Position numbers and translations under genes: made by a program. Under the pieces are notes generated by a model. That model did not search any database, was not told where the DNA came from, and worked only from the letters and a program-made list of their open reading frames with translations. This document shows positions 1 to 12,054 of a DNA stretch of 64,000 bases, one piece after another. This DNA is from Fistulifera solaris. Its lineage: Eukaryota. Within the stretch, counting starts at the first letter, position 1. Each line of letters opens with the position of its first letter. The DNA is taken from assembly GCA_030295235.1 (NCBI GenBank), contig AP026149.1, forward strand, positions 310,001 through 374,000. The letters run 5' to 3'.

Positions 1-2015
1 GATAATCCTTCGATGGGTCCAGTTCTTGCAATTCCCAGCCTTTATTGGTAATTGACAATCCGTCAATTGTTAGATGTGTGTTCGGTCCAACTTTGACCAC
101 TAACGCACCGTCTAATTCGAGTTGTTGAATTTTCACATTGTGCCCACTGAGTACCAAGGAACTGCGCCTTGTCACTTTCATCGGGCCTTCCACTGTTTTT
201 AAGTCATCCGAGATCAGCGCAAAGGCTGGTGACAGTATGATGCGAGGACCTGGTGTAACAGGAATACCACCTGCTTTGATGAGGTCGTCGTCGCTGGTCA
301 CTGGCAAGTCTACACCCACCGACTGGAGTTTGTGCTGATTTTGAATATACATGTCAGATTCAGCCGACGACATGGTCCCTGGTGCGGAACTGCCCGCATT
401 CACGGCTTCTTGGCCCGCTTCCAACGCATTCTTGGCGGGAGAAAACGTATACCACCGATCAAACATGGTAAAACCAATATTTGCCTCTTGTTTCATTTCT
501 TTTTGAAACAACTTGGGAATATCTTGCATCATGCATTCCAAGCGTGTCGGTTTCTTAAACTCAGTGCGGGTGGCGTCTTTGTATTTTGGATTCACGAATT
601 CGAGAACAACCCCTTGATCTTCCCCGCGAAGTGTGCGAGCGTAAGATTTCATTTCAATTACCAAGTTGTTGGCGTTACCCGGGAACGGAGAATAACCAGT
701 ATTCGGATCGGCAACGTCGCCGTCACCCTGTGTTCGCAAGAGAGGATCCAATTGATTGTATTCAACGTTGATCACCAGCGACTTATCGGGATCTGTCTTG
801 TGTCTGTGTTTTTAGAAAATTGAGACTTCAATTATTGAAAAGTGGTAAACCACAGACCAAACCTGTACTTACTCCAGACGCGCAATAGCTCCAGCCGCTT
901 CGCCCGCCAAACGAGGGATGCAAATACTATTCATATGGAATTCTTTTTGAATGCTGACTCCCAATGTTGGTAGAACAGAATTCACCACCAAAGCGTTGGT
1001 GTCTTGCAAGAATATAACATGAGTCTTTCCTTCCTTTTCCCACTGATCGACGAGTCCTTCCCGGTACAGCAGATGGTGAACGTCACCATGACCGTGCGGT
1101 TTGGTTTGCACCGTCCAGCGGTCGTCCATGGCCAAACCAGCAAAACCATCTTTGAGTGCAGGAACTTTGTCTTGCGTGACAATGGAAACTTGTTGAGGAT
1201 CCATGCCGAAATATTTCTGTTCGAGCAACAATTGTCGCGTGGCGGCATCCGTATCTCCACTGGTCATAATCACGAGCGGAATTTTTACGGAGGAATCACT
1301 TTGTCTTGCTCGATGTTGCAGAGCCAATATATATTGACAGTAAAATTCCAAATACGATGCATTATCACATAAATTGGTTTCGAGTGACAATTTGGTGCCG
1401 GAATATCCCAATCGCTCTCCCAAACCACCGGCCACGAGACAAAACACGACATCTTTGCTGGCCGCCAAGCCGATCTGTTCGGCTTGCCGAAAGGATTCTT
1501 CTCCAAACTTCAACACTTCGCCCTCGGGGACGACGGCTTCGTACTCATCAAACGGATTGACGCCATCGGCGGATTCTTGCAACAGTTTTTTAGCTTTGCT
1601 CAGATAGGCACTGAGTCCACCCGGATATGAGGCATCCAAGTCGGCGAGCTAATAGAAGGAAAATAATACGAGTTGATGGAATGCGTGTGAGCTTACGTAT
1701 CGGATACTTGTGAGAGGTTGAAGTCCAGCTATTACGCACCTGTTCCGCCAATTGCTGTTTGCCGTGGTCGTCTTCTCCTGCCGCGGGCCAATTCTTGTAC
1801 ACATGAGCTTGATGCCCTTCGAGATCAAATGCAATCAAACGCTCAACAGCGTCTCTCCCACGGGGCGAAAGAAGTGCCAAGTTTTCGGTTGTCACGACAT
1901 CCTTCTTATTCACGGTCGCGGATAGCATTCCAAACGCCGCTCTTCGTTCTTTCGGGGAATGCACGCCGAACGCCGAAGCCGCCGTCCACAATACTGCCAG
2001 TAAAGTTAATCTCAT
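1..2015 (-). CDS. USP: UDP-sugar pyrophosphorylase, probably plastid-targeted; 3 exons (2015-1740, 1648-873, 803-<1); 3' end runs off the window
   Basis: Motifs LVAGGLGERLG, Q-D-K-V-P, TKPHGHGDVH and, in exon 3, VINVEYNQLDPLL and KPTRLECMMQD are typical of USP. GT-AG introns at 1739-1649 and 872-804 join the pieces in frame. The N-terminus MRLTLLAVLWTAASA-FG matches a diatom bipartite presequence. Confidence 0.92.
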
Positions 2016-2798
2016 TTTCTTTTTCGATGAAAATGGTAATTGCCTGTCTTGAAACGAAACGACAGTGGAAAGGTTTCCAAGTCATATGCGCGATAATTGA
2101 TGTTTGTGATTCTGTTGTGCAAGTCAAACGTCATTCTTTTGGAGGGAGTTTTTTTCGCGTCACACAGGACTCCTATCCTCGAGCTTGCGTGACTCCTACC
2201 GCACCATCGTTTCAAGTGCAGCCGGTACTATATACCTGGTATACGTTTACGAGGTATAGAGCACGACTCTGTTGCTGTCCCGAGTCCATGCTCGGTACCG
2301 GTACCGTACCTACGCTACGACCTCCTCAGCTACGACTACTCTTGAATCTTGCGTTTCTTTTATCTTTTAGGTACATGAATTCTCAAGCTAAATTCAATTG
2401 GTCAGCAATGTTCCGCATGCCGCTAAAGCTGAAGATGAATGACGACCTGCCTGCGCTTGGAAAGGTAAGGAATATACCAGGTACCAGCGTGTCCTTGTCA
2501 GTCGAAGTAAAGCACTTACTAGACCTGAACAGATGAAATGCTTTAGAATACAACAGTACAGGGGCTCCAATTGTGTTGCAACCCTCCATGCTTACGGTAC
2601 AATTTCCCGACTATTGAATTCAACAGTTCCTCGCTTCGCCATGACTACTTTTCTGGTGTTGTGTCATGAGAGCGTCGTCATGACCCTCGGATCTCGCATT
2701 TTACTTGTACTGGTACCAGGTATCCTCTCAGCGTCGCAGTCGACAAGCAACGCGATTTTATTGTTGTTATTCTCTTTTCTCAACCTGCCTTTCGAATA

Positions 2799-3611
2799 AT
2801 GTTCATAAGCCGTTCGTTCATGGCTATTCTTCTTTTCTCTGTTACATCCTTTCCGCGTCACGTCGCTGCTTTTCCACGATCTCCTCTTCGTCACATCATT
2901 ATTAATTCCCCTTCCGCCCGTTTCATGTCCATCGCTTCCAATTACCAAAGCGTCTTGGAACGCGTAAAGAAAGCCACTCCTCCGGGTCAATCCGTTCGAT
3001 TGGTCGCCGTTTCGAAAACCAAACCACTGGAGGATTTACAAGCGGCTTATAACGCCGGCTGTCGCGTGTTTGGAGAAAACTATGCGCAAGAATTGGTCGT
3101 CAAAGTTCCAGAAATGCCCGACGACTGTTCGTGGCATTACATTGGATCTTTGCAATCCAATAAAGTCAACGCTATCGTCAAGGCCGTTGTACCTGCCAGT
3201 CGACTGACGATTGAAACCGTCAGTTCGATCAAGTTGGCGCAAAAACTCAATCATGCCGTAGCAGAAGGAGAACGATTGAATGTCATGGTACAAATCAATA
3301 CATCGGGAGAAGATAGTAAAAGTGGCGTAGAACCCAGTGAAGCGACCGATTTGTGTCGTTTTATTGTGACAGAATGTCCTCAATTGCAATTGACTGGTCT
3401 CATGACAATTGGTGCAGTGGGAGATTCGTCGTGCTTTGATGTGTTGCGTCAATGCCGCGAGACGGTGCAAAGGGAATTGGGCATGGAAGAAACGTTGGAG
3501 CTGAGTATGGGCATGTCGGGAGATTTTGAAGAAGCGATTGCTGCAGGTGCTACGAATGTACGTGTGGGATCGACTATTTTCGGTGAACGAGACTACTCGA
3601 AAGATAAATAG
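2799..3611 (+). CDS. PLPBP: Pyridoxal phosphate homeostasis protein (YggS/PROSC family) with an N-terminal organellar extension
   Basis: Family signatures LVAVSKTKP, FGENYAQE, WHYIGSLQSNK, LSMGMSGD and VRVGSTIFG are present, preceded by about 40 residues of hydrophobic then basic sequence. Confidence 0.93.
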   Translation: MFISRSFMAILLFSVTSFPRHVAAFPRSPLRHIIINSPSARFMSIASNYQSVLERVKKATPPGQSVRLVAVSKTKPLEDLQAAYNAGCRVFGENYAQELVVKVPEMPDDCSWHYIGSLQSNKVNAIVKAVVPASRLTIETVSSIKLAQKLNHAVAEGERLNVMVQINTSGEDSKSGVEPSEATDLCRFIVTECPQLQLTGLMTIGAVGDSSCFDVLRQCRETVQRELGMEETLELSMGMSGDFEEAIAAGATNVRVGSTIFGERDYSKDK

Positions 3612-3672
3612 TCTAGTAGGAACAAAAAAACGTAATCCGTATGTAAAATCTGCCTTTTCGAGTTATCAGTTT

Positions 3673-4761
3673 CTACAATTCATCCTGTTTCTCTTCTTCT
3701 TGATCATTCCCTTTACTTTCCTCTTTCTCTCTCTTCACCGAAGCCAAAACACAGTCCAAAAATGCCTGTACAGGATTCCCTGCCGCAATCGCATCTTGGC
3801 CATCCGCAGGCTCTAGTTGAAAGTTGGCCAAGACGGTATAAAACCCCGACCAGTCTTCATCCGGCATCAAAGTAGCAGTCAGGTGACGAAGCGTTTGCTG
3901 CACAGCCGGAGAGCGTAAATTATCTTCCAAATACTCGGCCGAGCGTTGTTCGGGAGGCAAGAGTTCCATTAATCGGTTTCGAGCACCTTCATCTTGCAAA
4001 ATGCCGGTAATCGCTTCGGGTGTGACCACGTCAGACAAAACTGGCCCCGGTGCACTACGTGATCCCTGATCTTGAATACTCGCCATGGCTCCTTGCAAAT
4101 CAGCCAAGGTGAGAGTCGCCCGAGCTCCACTGGGCTCATCGGTCGACATTTCCGACGAAGAACTCTGCGGCATACCCAAATTCTCTAAAATATTCGACAA
4201 AGCATCCACTTGGTTCGCATTGGTGGTGCTACTGGTTGGATTTACACTCGTTTGAGCTGACTCGTCGGTCTCCATGCGATCCGATTCGGGCGCGGCCTTT
4301 TTCGGATCCGCGAGATACTCATTTATCGAGGCCACAATTTCATCATCCTTCTCTTCACTGGCATCCTGCATCCAGTACATTTTATAGCGCTCTTGTTCGT
4401 CTTCGACATCCGGGCGAGTCCATACATAAATACGATCATTCTCGTGCTTCTTGCCCGTCATCGGTACGCGCTCAAACGTACCCGCACTACTGTCAATGAC
4501 AAATTCATCGCGCACTTCCCGATCACGACGATCGTACCATTGCCATTTTAGGGCATTATCTTTCCAAAGCAAACGAATCTCACCGCGGGTACGAATCGAC
4601 TCGCACTGGAAGGAAACTGGTTCTTGCGCTTGTTTCGTTAGAGCCATTTTGCCGGCCTTGACTGAGACGAGCGGCGCCGGCTCGTCGTTGCCCGTTTGGT
4701 TATTGCTTTCTCTCTGTAGGCGGCGATTCGCGCCGATCTGATCAAAAAAGTCGGAGTACAT
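3673..4761 (-). CDS. RPN13: Proteasomal ubiquitin receptor RPN13/ADRM1
   Basis: Pru-domain-like segments (KAGKM, WQWYDR, RIYV, YWMQD, DDEIVASINEYL) and a C-terminal UCH37-binding-like region (LMELLP...LRSPAVQQTL). Start placed at ATG 4761; an upstream ATG at 4854 is also in frame. Confidence 0.85.
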   Translation of the reverse strand: MYSDFFDQIGANRRLQRESNNQTGNDEPAPLVSVKAGKMALTKQAQEPVSFQCESIRTRGEIRLLWKDNALKWQWYDRRDREVRDEFVIDSSAGTFERVPMTGKKHENDRIYVWTRPDVEDEQERYKMYWMQDASEEKDDEIVASINEYLADPKKAAPESDRMETDESAQTSVNPTSSTTNANQVDALSNILENLGMPQSSSSEMSTDEPSGARATLTLADLQGAMASIQDQGSRSAPGPVLSDVVTPEAITGILQDEGARNRLMELLPPEQRSAEYLEDNLRSPAVQQTLRHLTATLMPDEDWSGFYTVLANFQLEPADGQDAIAAGNPVQAFLDCVLASVKREKEESKGNDQEEEKQDEL

Positions 4762-5125
4762 GATGTTGGAAGTGTTGATTGCTGAGATAAACTTACAAAT
4801 ACTGGTAGAACCGACTGGTAAATTCACGGGATGCTGCTGCTCGTCTTCCAGCATCGATGAGTTTCGTCGTGACTCACCAGTTCGTGACCCGAGGAAGAAG
4901 CTGTAAGCACCACGTACAGATGGATGGACGGTTTATCAATTAACCTTATCGTTGCACTTTCCAGTGCGTCCACCAACTGGCGTGGGGCTGACGATTATGA
5001 TGCCATATTTTAACGCCGCTAACGCCAGTACACGTGCTACGCTAGTTTTACGCATCTTGTGTGAGATTTAAGGAGTCATTTTTCCCGTGTGCTTCTACTC
5101 TGGCCGCTACAAGTACTGGTATTCT

Positions 5126-5210
5126 CTGGGAAGGACGTTAAAATTCTGCCTCCCAGTACAAGATTATACGTAGCGTCTACGACGAGGCAGAATTTTAACG
5201 CCGTTCCCAG
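5126..5210. mobile_element. 85-bp hairpin (MITE-like) dispersed repeat, copy 1
   Basis: 27-bp inverted arms at 5126-5152 and 5184-5210 (25/27 match) around a 31-nt spacer. A reverse-complement copy lies at 25900-25983. Confidence 0.8.
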
Positions 5211-5481
5211 CTTTGATCATCGTAAGCCACTACAGCTTTCGTAACATCATTGTATAGAGCATACAACGCCAAGCAATTTGTAGTCTTACAACTTACAACA
5301 CTTCCCTAGAAAATTTAAATAGTGATCGCATAGCACTGGCTACCTTGTCAGCGCAAAGAGGCCTTGCATGGGTAACGCAATCTACAAATCAAGCACGGAG
5401 GACAGTGTGTGAAGGACGCTGTCGATCGCGTTGCCGACTAACAAGCGATGTACCTCTAGTTATCCCTCATGATTACCCCTT

Positions 5482-6638
5482 TCACGCAGACGGATCCTGT
5501 GCTGACTCGTCTTTTGTCGAGCCTCTGGTCTGCTGGTCAAAATCGTTTAAACAGGCTTGAACGAGCTGACTCACCATATCCTGTGAAGTATTCGCGACGG
5601 GCGGCGGTCCTTGCATCAAATGACTTGACAGAAAGGTTCTTGGTCGGTTGGGTGCTGAAAAGGAGTTGTTGTGCAACAACGGCATAAGCATATTGCGGAT
5701 GGATTCGGCTGTAGGACCCATGCGAGAACGATTGAGTTGGCTCGGTAACGAGGGAAGCTCGTCACGAAAACCTTGACGGAGCAAAAGAGAAGAATCAACG
5801 TGCCGATTGTGCTGTCGTAATTTTCGTTGAATCAGCTCGTCTAGGGCAGAAACATCATTTACCACAGAAAAGTCTGTAGGCAACCCATTGATGGGATTTA
5901 TGAAGGAGGGGCAGCCGACGGTGGGTTTAAAGCACTGGCGATTCGAAGCGGATTTGAGGCCGGATTGAGTTGCAATGACGCAACCGATTGCCTTTTAGCA
6001 ATGATCTGAGTCATTTGACGAGATAGGCCGGCGTCAATAATAGAATTTGAGGAAGGTTGACTGAGTAAACTTCCTGGTGGCCAAATGAGAGGAGGGATAG
6101 CCTGGCTATCTGAAATCATTGAGGATGGGACCGTTCGCTGTAGGAGTGCATTCCTATGAGCATCAAGTTGTTGAGACCTTGCCAAACTAGATTGCTGTAA
6201 ACATGATCGTTCGTATTCAGTGGCGATTTTTAAAGCACGTCTTAATAGTTCCTCGAGTCTCTGTCCTTCGATCTTAAGCCGCACATTTTCTCGTTGAGCC
6301 TCTGCGCTTTTTCTGCGACAGCTCTGCGACAACTCTCTTTTTCTTTTCGCGCTTTCTCCTAGAATATATTACGTTCATTTTGCGCTTTTTCATGGAAATA
6401 GAGTTTTCTTCACAGCTGGAGGACGGTGCTGGTTCGACGTCATGCGATGTTGCGTCGCATTCACTATCAGTGCCAAGCGATTGCGCTGAATTATTGTTAG
6501 AAACGGGTGCGCTATACTTCGAAACTAATGCCTGAGGCTTTCGATCGTCTTCCGACGCCAAGGTTTCATTTTTGCATTCTGATGCATCGATTTTCAAGGC
6601 ATTGCTTTTTGATTATTCCTCCCTAATTTTTCCGACAT
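5482..6638 (-). CDS. bZIP-like transcription factor, split by about 3 single-base indels
   Basis: Basic region KKRKMNVIYSRRKREKKK followed by a heptad segment AQRENVRLKIEGQRLEELL after a shift in an A5 run near 6310. Further shifts near 6608 and 5900 link ORFs 6274-6597, 5898-6332 and 5482-5883. Confidence 0.6.
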
Positions 6639-7242
6639 TGCTCTTCTCGAATCTTCCAGGAAAACAATCTTTATTTTTCCTTCAATGATAAGAGCTTGGG
6701 CTTACTGAAGCACAAAAGTTGAATTTGAACGTCGCGTTTGCCAATGTTTAACGATGCTTGGTATGCGGAATATTTTTTGTTTCGGCTCCGCGGCCACGTC
6801 GGTGGGGAGTCGATGAGACTTGAGACTACAAAGTAAGAAACGCTGTCTGTAGTCTGCAGTAATAAAGAGGGCCGGAAATGTTACGGCTGGGCACTGGGCT
6901 TCAGGCATCACTTGTCTTAAAATTGTCCAGTGTTTCTATTTTCTATTCACGAGAACGTGTTCTTAGGGAAAATACCTTAGCTAATTTTTTGTGGAACTTG
7001 CAAGGAACTGTAAAGGGAGGGATAAATGGCGCAGACTTATAAGGGCGTTCTCTGAACTCTGAACTCAAAAGAGTCCTCCCATCTCCCGTCCCACCTACCA
7101 GGTACTTTGTACTTTGTAACCTCCATTGTTCTGATAGTTCTAGTTCTTCACCTTGGGGCTTGGGCTTAAAGCCTGGAGTTGCTGTCATTGTACTGTACTG
7201 GTAATTTGTAGCACTGCTGAATAGTGAACACCCGGCGCCCGC

Positions 7243-7270
7243 GCCCACAGCCCACAGCCCACAGCCCACA
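7243..7270. repeat. Short tandem repeat (GCCCACA)x4
   Basis: gcccacagcccacagcccacagcccaca read directly in intergenic DNA. Confidence 0.85.
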
Positions 7271-8494
7271 CACGACGAAATGCGCGGATTAAGTGATACC
7301 TGGTAGTCGACAGCCGATAACACCGATACTCCGGTTGAACTTTTCTTTGTTTCTGCTCCGTTGTCCGTTCTCCGTTCTCATCTATCCATCATTTCTCTTA
7401 TATAGAGAGTAGGGCAATCTCTTTTCACTGCTTAATGTTTGCGGCTTGGGTTTTTTCCTCTTTATGGCGCACTTGTCGCCGCCACCCCGCCTCTTAATAA
7501 TTTTAACGCGGACGCTGGACTTCGATACAAAAAATCGATCATCATCAACCCAAGACCCAAGACTCTTATCTCGTGTCTTGGTTCTCGTTTGTTCCATCCT
7601 CTTCCGTACTTGTTGCTTGACATTCCCACTTGGCAGTCCAAGATCCAAGAAGGAAAAAAGAAGGACGGGAGTTGTATGTTGTATAGATCACTGAAGAACG
7701 TGAAACTTCTTCTATCTTCAAGCTTCAAGGTCTAACACAAATGGCGGCATTCGGGAATACGAATTTCGGATGGGTTCTCGTCGTTCTATGTCTTATGTAC
7801 CACTTACTACCTCAAGAATCACAAACTACGGTCTTCATTTTTGTATCAAGCTAGAGGCTAGAGTCACGAAGGAACAAAAGCAATGAACCAAGGATTTAAG
7901 TGATTTCTATAATCCCCAAAGTAAATGCTAAATGCTACGGAGTCATAACTAGATATCCAAGAACCTAGCACTTGTCTACTAATTAGTACTTTTGTATTTA
8001 GAATCTTAAGTCTAGAATCTAGATCCTGGATACATTATCACCATTGGACATTGTTTTGGCGTAGCCCTCGTTAACTCATCTTTTCGTGAGTGTTGTAAAC
8101 CAAGCGTATTGCAACCTTCGGAATTGATGGCGTGAGGCTATTAGACGTCGCATAAAAATGAATTCTTGTCTTCGGTTCTCAATCAGCCTTTCGGCATTGT
8201 ACTGGTATATCTTTTGGAAGACAAATGGACGCCGGGGCTCGGCTTTTACGTTAAAGCTTCAGATGCCCGACTAATTAGAAAATATAGTTTATGTTTTATT
8301 GTGAACATCCAGTTAAGTTCCAACTCTGACTAACTCTAGAACTGTCCATGACCGTTGCCAAAGAACAAGCCAAGATCAAGCGGCAAAAACACGACCCGTT
8401 CTTAACTCTTCCGACATTGGGTACAAGGACAACTTGTGATAACTAGCGTCACACTCTGGCCAAGGTGTTCGCTACAATAGGTCGATGGGCAACT

Positions 8495-10192
8495 CTAAAA
8501 ATCCTTGACTTTCAAATCCTTCCATTGATCAGGGAATAAGTCGTCAGAAAGTCCAATGGGATGTCGAAAAGCATTCTTCAAATGTTGGTCAGTGGTATAC
8601 AACTTGTCGGAAAAGCGAATGGCTTTGCGAGGGACGTGCGTGACGATATGAACGGACGGCACGCGCTCCTTGGCTGACAACCCGAAGCGATTCAAGATGC
8701 GAACTGTGAACAGTCCGTTGCTTTCGTTGCGCTCTAAAACAGTGCAGGGTCTCAAATTCATGAATTCAAATGTATGTCGTGTTTGTTGCCATTGAACGGT
8801 CACAAGGGTAGAAGGGTCGGTGTCGTCTACTTGGGTTGAGCGCGCAATGTCTTCGTACCGATAGAAGCAAGACGTGAAAATGTTGGCGGGATATGGATAC
8901 GTCTGTAGCTCTTCTTGGGTGCGTAAGACTTTCACTACATCATCCATGACATAGCTAGGCGTATAAGGCTCTTCGTATTTACCGGGAGAAGAAGGCGTCC
9001 ATGTTTCGACGTGGCGTACCCAGGCTTCTATCCAGTCCGGTCCGTAATCCAATAAAATTTCCTGACCCACCGCAATGTCACGCAAAGCAATTAGTTTCAA
9101 GAGAAACTTGGGAGCACGAGGTGCTTGTGGATCTTGCCATTGTGTCAAGTTGGTCCACGAAACATCGTTCGGAACCGTGTCCCATTCCAAACGGACATTG
9201 GTGTATTGACCACCACCGTGGTTTACGAGATGCATACCGGGTCCGTAGGGATACAACAGTACGGATGATTCGTTGTGTCCAAAGCAATAATTGAGCAATA
9301 ACTGCTTCGAATAATCCACCTGGGAGCTTGGTTTTTGACCCTCGTGATATCCAGGGCACGCGGATCAGTAATCGCCATGACCGGAACCGGTAATACTACC
9401 GATCCTTGTCGTATATTCCGAGCGGCAAACAAACCTCGTCCCGCATCCGGTAGAACCGAACGTCCTGGTTTCACATTGTCCAAACAAAAGCCGTACTGAC
9501 GCAGAAACTCGAGATGTCGACGAGTGGTCGTCTTTCGAGAGGCTGGAGCATTTTGTTGAATACGCGCATTTCGTTCCGAAAACCAGTGGGGACTATAAGG
9601 GACAAAAATTTCATCACCGGCTACCATAGGTTTTTTGACAAACCACGTGTAATTGTGATAATGTGTAATGGCACCTGCTCCAGGCGATTCGGTGCGGGTC
9701 AGACCGGCTTCATCGACCATGGGCACAAACGGCAACACATTGTGTTCTTGCACAATAAGTCCATTGGCGAGCATTCCGATCCCGGGGATCGACGATAGTA
9801 CCTGCTGTCCTTCGTAAAAGCCTCCCGTTTCTTCGGCGCTCCACCAGTAGTCGTCCAATAATCGTCGCAGAGCGGCCGCATACGTATGATTCAAGTCGGT
9901 CACTTGGACGACGACATCACCGTATAATAGGGGGAGTACCCCGTTCTGGACGATCGATTAAAGTGAAGACACCCCATCCTCCATTCGGTAGAGTTGATTC
10001 GGCCATGACCAATTGACATTCCGGAGGAACTGATGGTTCGGAAACAAAGGAACAAGTGCCGTCATTGTCACAGGTTGCATCCTCTGTCTCGTCGGAAGAT
10101 GCAGTGCATAGATAGAAGATGGCGCATGCGAACAGAATGAAAGTTTTGCTGTATCGGAATAATATGCACCTTCCAGTTTCGGACTTGAGCAT
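8495..10192 (-). CDS. Signal-peptide-bearing protein with two SET-like domains; 2 homopolymer frameshifts (near 9930 and 9335)
   Basis: Hydrophobic N-terminus TFILFACAIFYLCTASS. SET-like motifs occur twice: AESTLPNGGWGVF...GDEIFVPY and SVLPDAGRGLFAARNI...LVNH...ALRDIAVGQEILLDYG. Correcting one C run and one A run fuses ORFs 9917-10258, 9223-9903 and 8495-9319. Confidence 0.75.
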
Positions 10193-10799
10193 GCTGCAAA
10201 AATGGATGAATTTTATGATGATATTGATGACAGGTGTTATCCACTCGTCACTCGTCACCCTTGCTCGTTGATTTTAGTCGGCAAAAACCGTAAAACGTCC
10301 CCATATTGTACAGGGTAAGGACGTACAGGGGCTGCTCCGAGACGAACTCCTCCAGTGATTTTTTTGAGTCCCGGAAGTTCGCGAAATTGAAATACAATCA
10401 ACTATTAGGCTCTACTTTGGCATTGCTTTAACAAAAAGTTACTTGGATCACTGCCTTTGAAAACTTTGTTCCGATGTTCCTTTTGGTGGCGAAAATAGTT
10501 ACGGTAATTGTTTTTCATGAAGCCTCAAGTCGTCGTTTTTATGTGCGTCTTTCTTTGACGTGTGGAGATTATAATACGCATCCCACTTACGCGTATTTAA
10601 GAATTAGAACGTCGTGCAAAGGCTGTACTGGTATGGACGCATAACACCATTCTTTACAAGTGATAAGAAAAATACGTTTCATCTATGACTGCTGGATGTG
10701 ATCGATTTTATGATCAAATGCTAAAAAATGATATAAATATATAATTGTTCTATTGGATACATGAATAGCTAGCTAAGTTGATTTTCATCTCGAAGACGA

Positions 10800-11678
10800 T
10801 TATTCCACCATGGCCATTGTGGACACAGGTGTAGCAGGAGAGGGTTGTCCGGTCAAGGGCCGGTAAGACAATTTTGGCGACGACCGGCATGGAGCAGTCA
10901 AACTGGATAATCGGGATGTCTTGAGCGATCCGCGAGCGCCAATTGCTAGGGCTTTGAACAATTCCCGTTGGGCTTCGATAACTTGAGAGCAATTTCGGTC
11001 GATACCTAGAAAGCTGGAGAGAATTTCAATCAAATGATCTCCCTCGCATAAATTCAGGCTCTCGATTGCATTGATGATCGAAGCAAGCGCGATGGTCGAA
11101 GACTTCGTTACTGCAAAATAGGAAAGAGGCAGCAGTAGTTCGCATTGCATCTGAGCCAACTCAAAGACCGCCTCCCGCGTGTCATCGTTCATGTCTGACG
11201 GTAAAAGATCTCGCATTTCTCGCAAAAACGCGCCAGTGGTCGGTGGATTCACTCTCCAGTTTAATGCTGATAGCATAGAAGCTTCTGTCTGCTCGATTTC
11301 GTGAATAGTGTAACGGTCACCACACAGTTGTGTGAACGACCTGGGATGCATGGCTTGCTTCGCATGTATCTTCACAGCAATATAGAATGCTCCTAGACTC
11401 GCGAGCTGGTACTCCGATGGATCTGTCCGAGCAGAAAAGCCATGTGTAGTAGCAAGAAAGCAATTCAGAATTGTGGCTGCGATCTCGGCAATCTCGCGAT
11501 GGAACTCAAAGAAATCGACAACGCGCAGATACCAGCTGACGATCTTTTCGTAGCTGTCCTTCCCCAGCAACGGAGCGTTACTTTCGTTGATTCCATGAAG
11601 TGAAAACTTGCAATAAACTGTGTCTTCTTGAACTCTCATAACTTGAATGCGTTCACAAGTCTCATCAAAGCTCGTCAT
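10800..11678 (-). CDS. Cyclin, diatom-specific (dsCYC-like)
   Basis: Cyclin-box features KIVSWYLRVVDFF, EYQLASLGAFYIAVK, and TEASMLSALNWRVNPPT. Confidence 0.88.
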   Translation of the reverse strand: MTSFDETCERIQVMRVQEDTVYCKFSLHGINESNAPLLGKDSYEKIVSWYLRVVDFFEFHREIAEIAATILNCFLATTHGFSARTDPSEYQLASLGAFYIAVKIHAKQAMHPRSFTQLCGDRYTIHEIEQTEASMLSALNWRVNPPTTGAFLREMRDLLPSDMNDDTREAVFELAQMQCELLLPLSYFAVTKSSTIALASIINAIESLNLCEGDHLIEILSSFLGIDRNCSQVIEAQRELFKALAIGARGSLKTSRLSSLTAPCRSSPKLSYRPLTGQPSPATPVSTMAMVE

Positions 11679-11779
11679 CGTTTAGATCTTGTTCTTGGTT
11701 GGCTTTTTTTTAGGAGAAATAAGGAGGGGCCATTTTTGAGAAAAGCTGCTGCTTTTTTTTGCGAAGGCACTTTTACGAA

Positions 11780-12054
11780 ACGTCAGCAACATTTACGTAA
11801 TTAGTACAGTGCGACATGTGTCCACGTCACCTTTCAGAATCTTTGAGACGCCGATACTTAACGGAGTTTGTCCACGTCACCTCATCATTGAACAATAATA
11901 GTGTCTAACGTACTACGTATGTCATGTTTTGGGTGCGACGATCGGAAACTGGAAACTGGAAGGCAGTTCTTCTTGCTGCGCTTGTTGACGTGTCTTGCGC
12001 CCATCATCCATATTTTCATGTCACAGAATGTCACGCCCTTAATGTCACACGTCA
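11780..12054. promoter_or_regulatory. Cluster of five TGACGT/ACGTCA (bZIP/aureochrome-type) sites in the divergent region upstream of the cyclin
   Basis: ACGTCA at 11780, 11824, 11874 and 12049, and TGACGT at 11986. Two of the sites lie in an exact 14-bp direct repeat tgtccacgtcacct (11819 and 11869). Confidence 0.6.

Noticed and set aside
1718..2536. 272-aa plus-strand ORF
   Set aside because: Overlaps USP exon 1 in antisense and its promoter, starts at TTG and has no domain features.
6650..8490. Long intergenic stretch examined for RNA genes or a transposon
   Set aside because: I found no tRNA cloverleaf, snRNA motif, TIR/TSD pair or credible ORF by eye. It is probably the bZIP upstream region.
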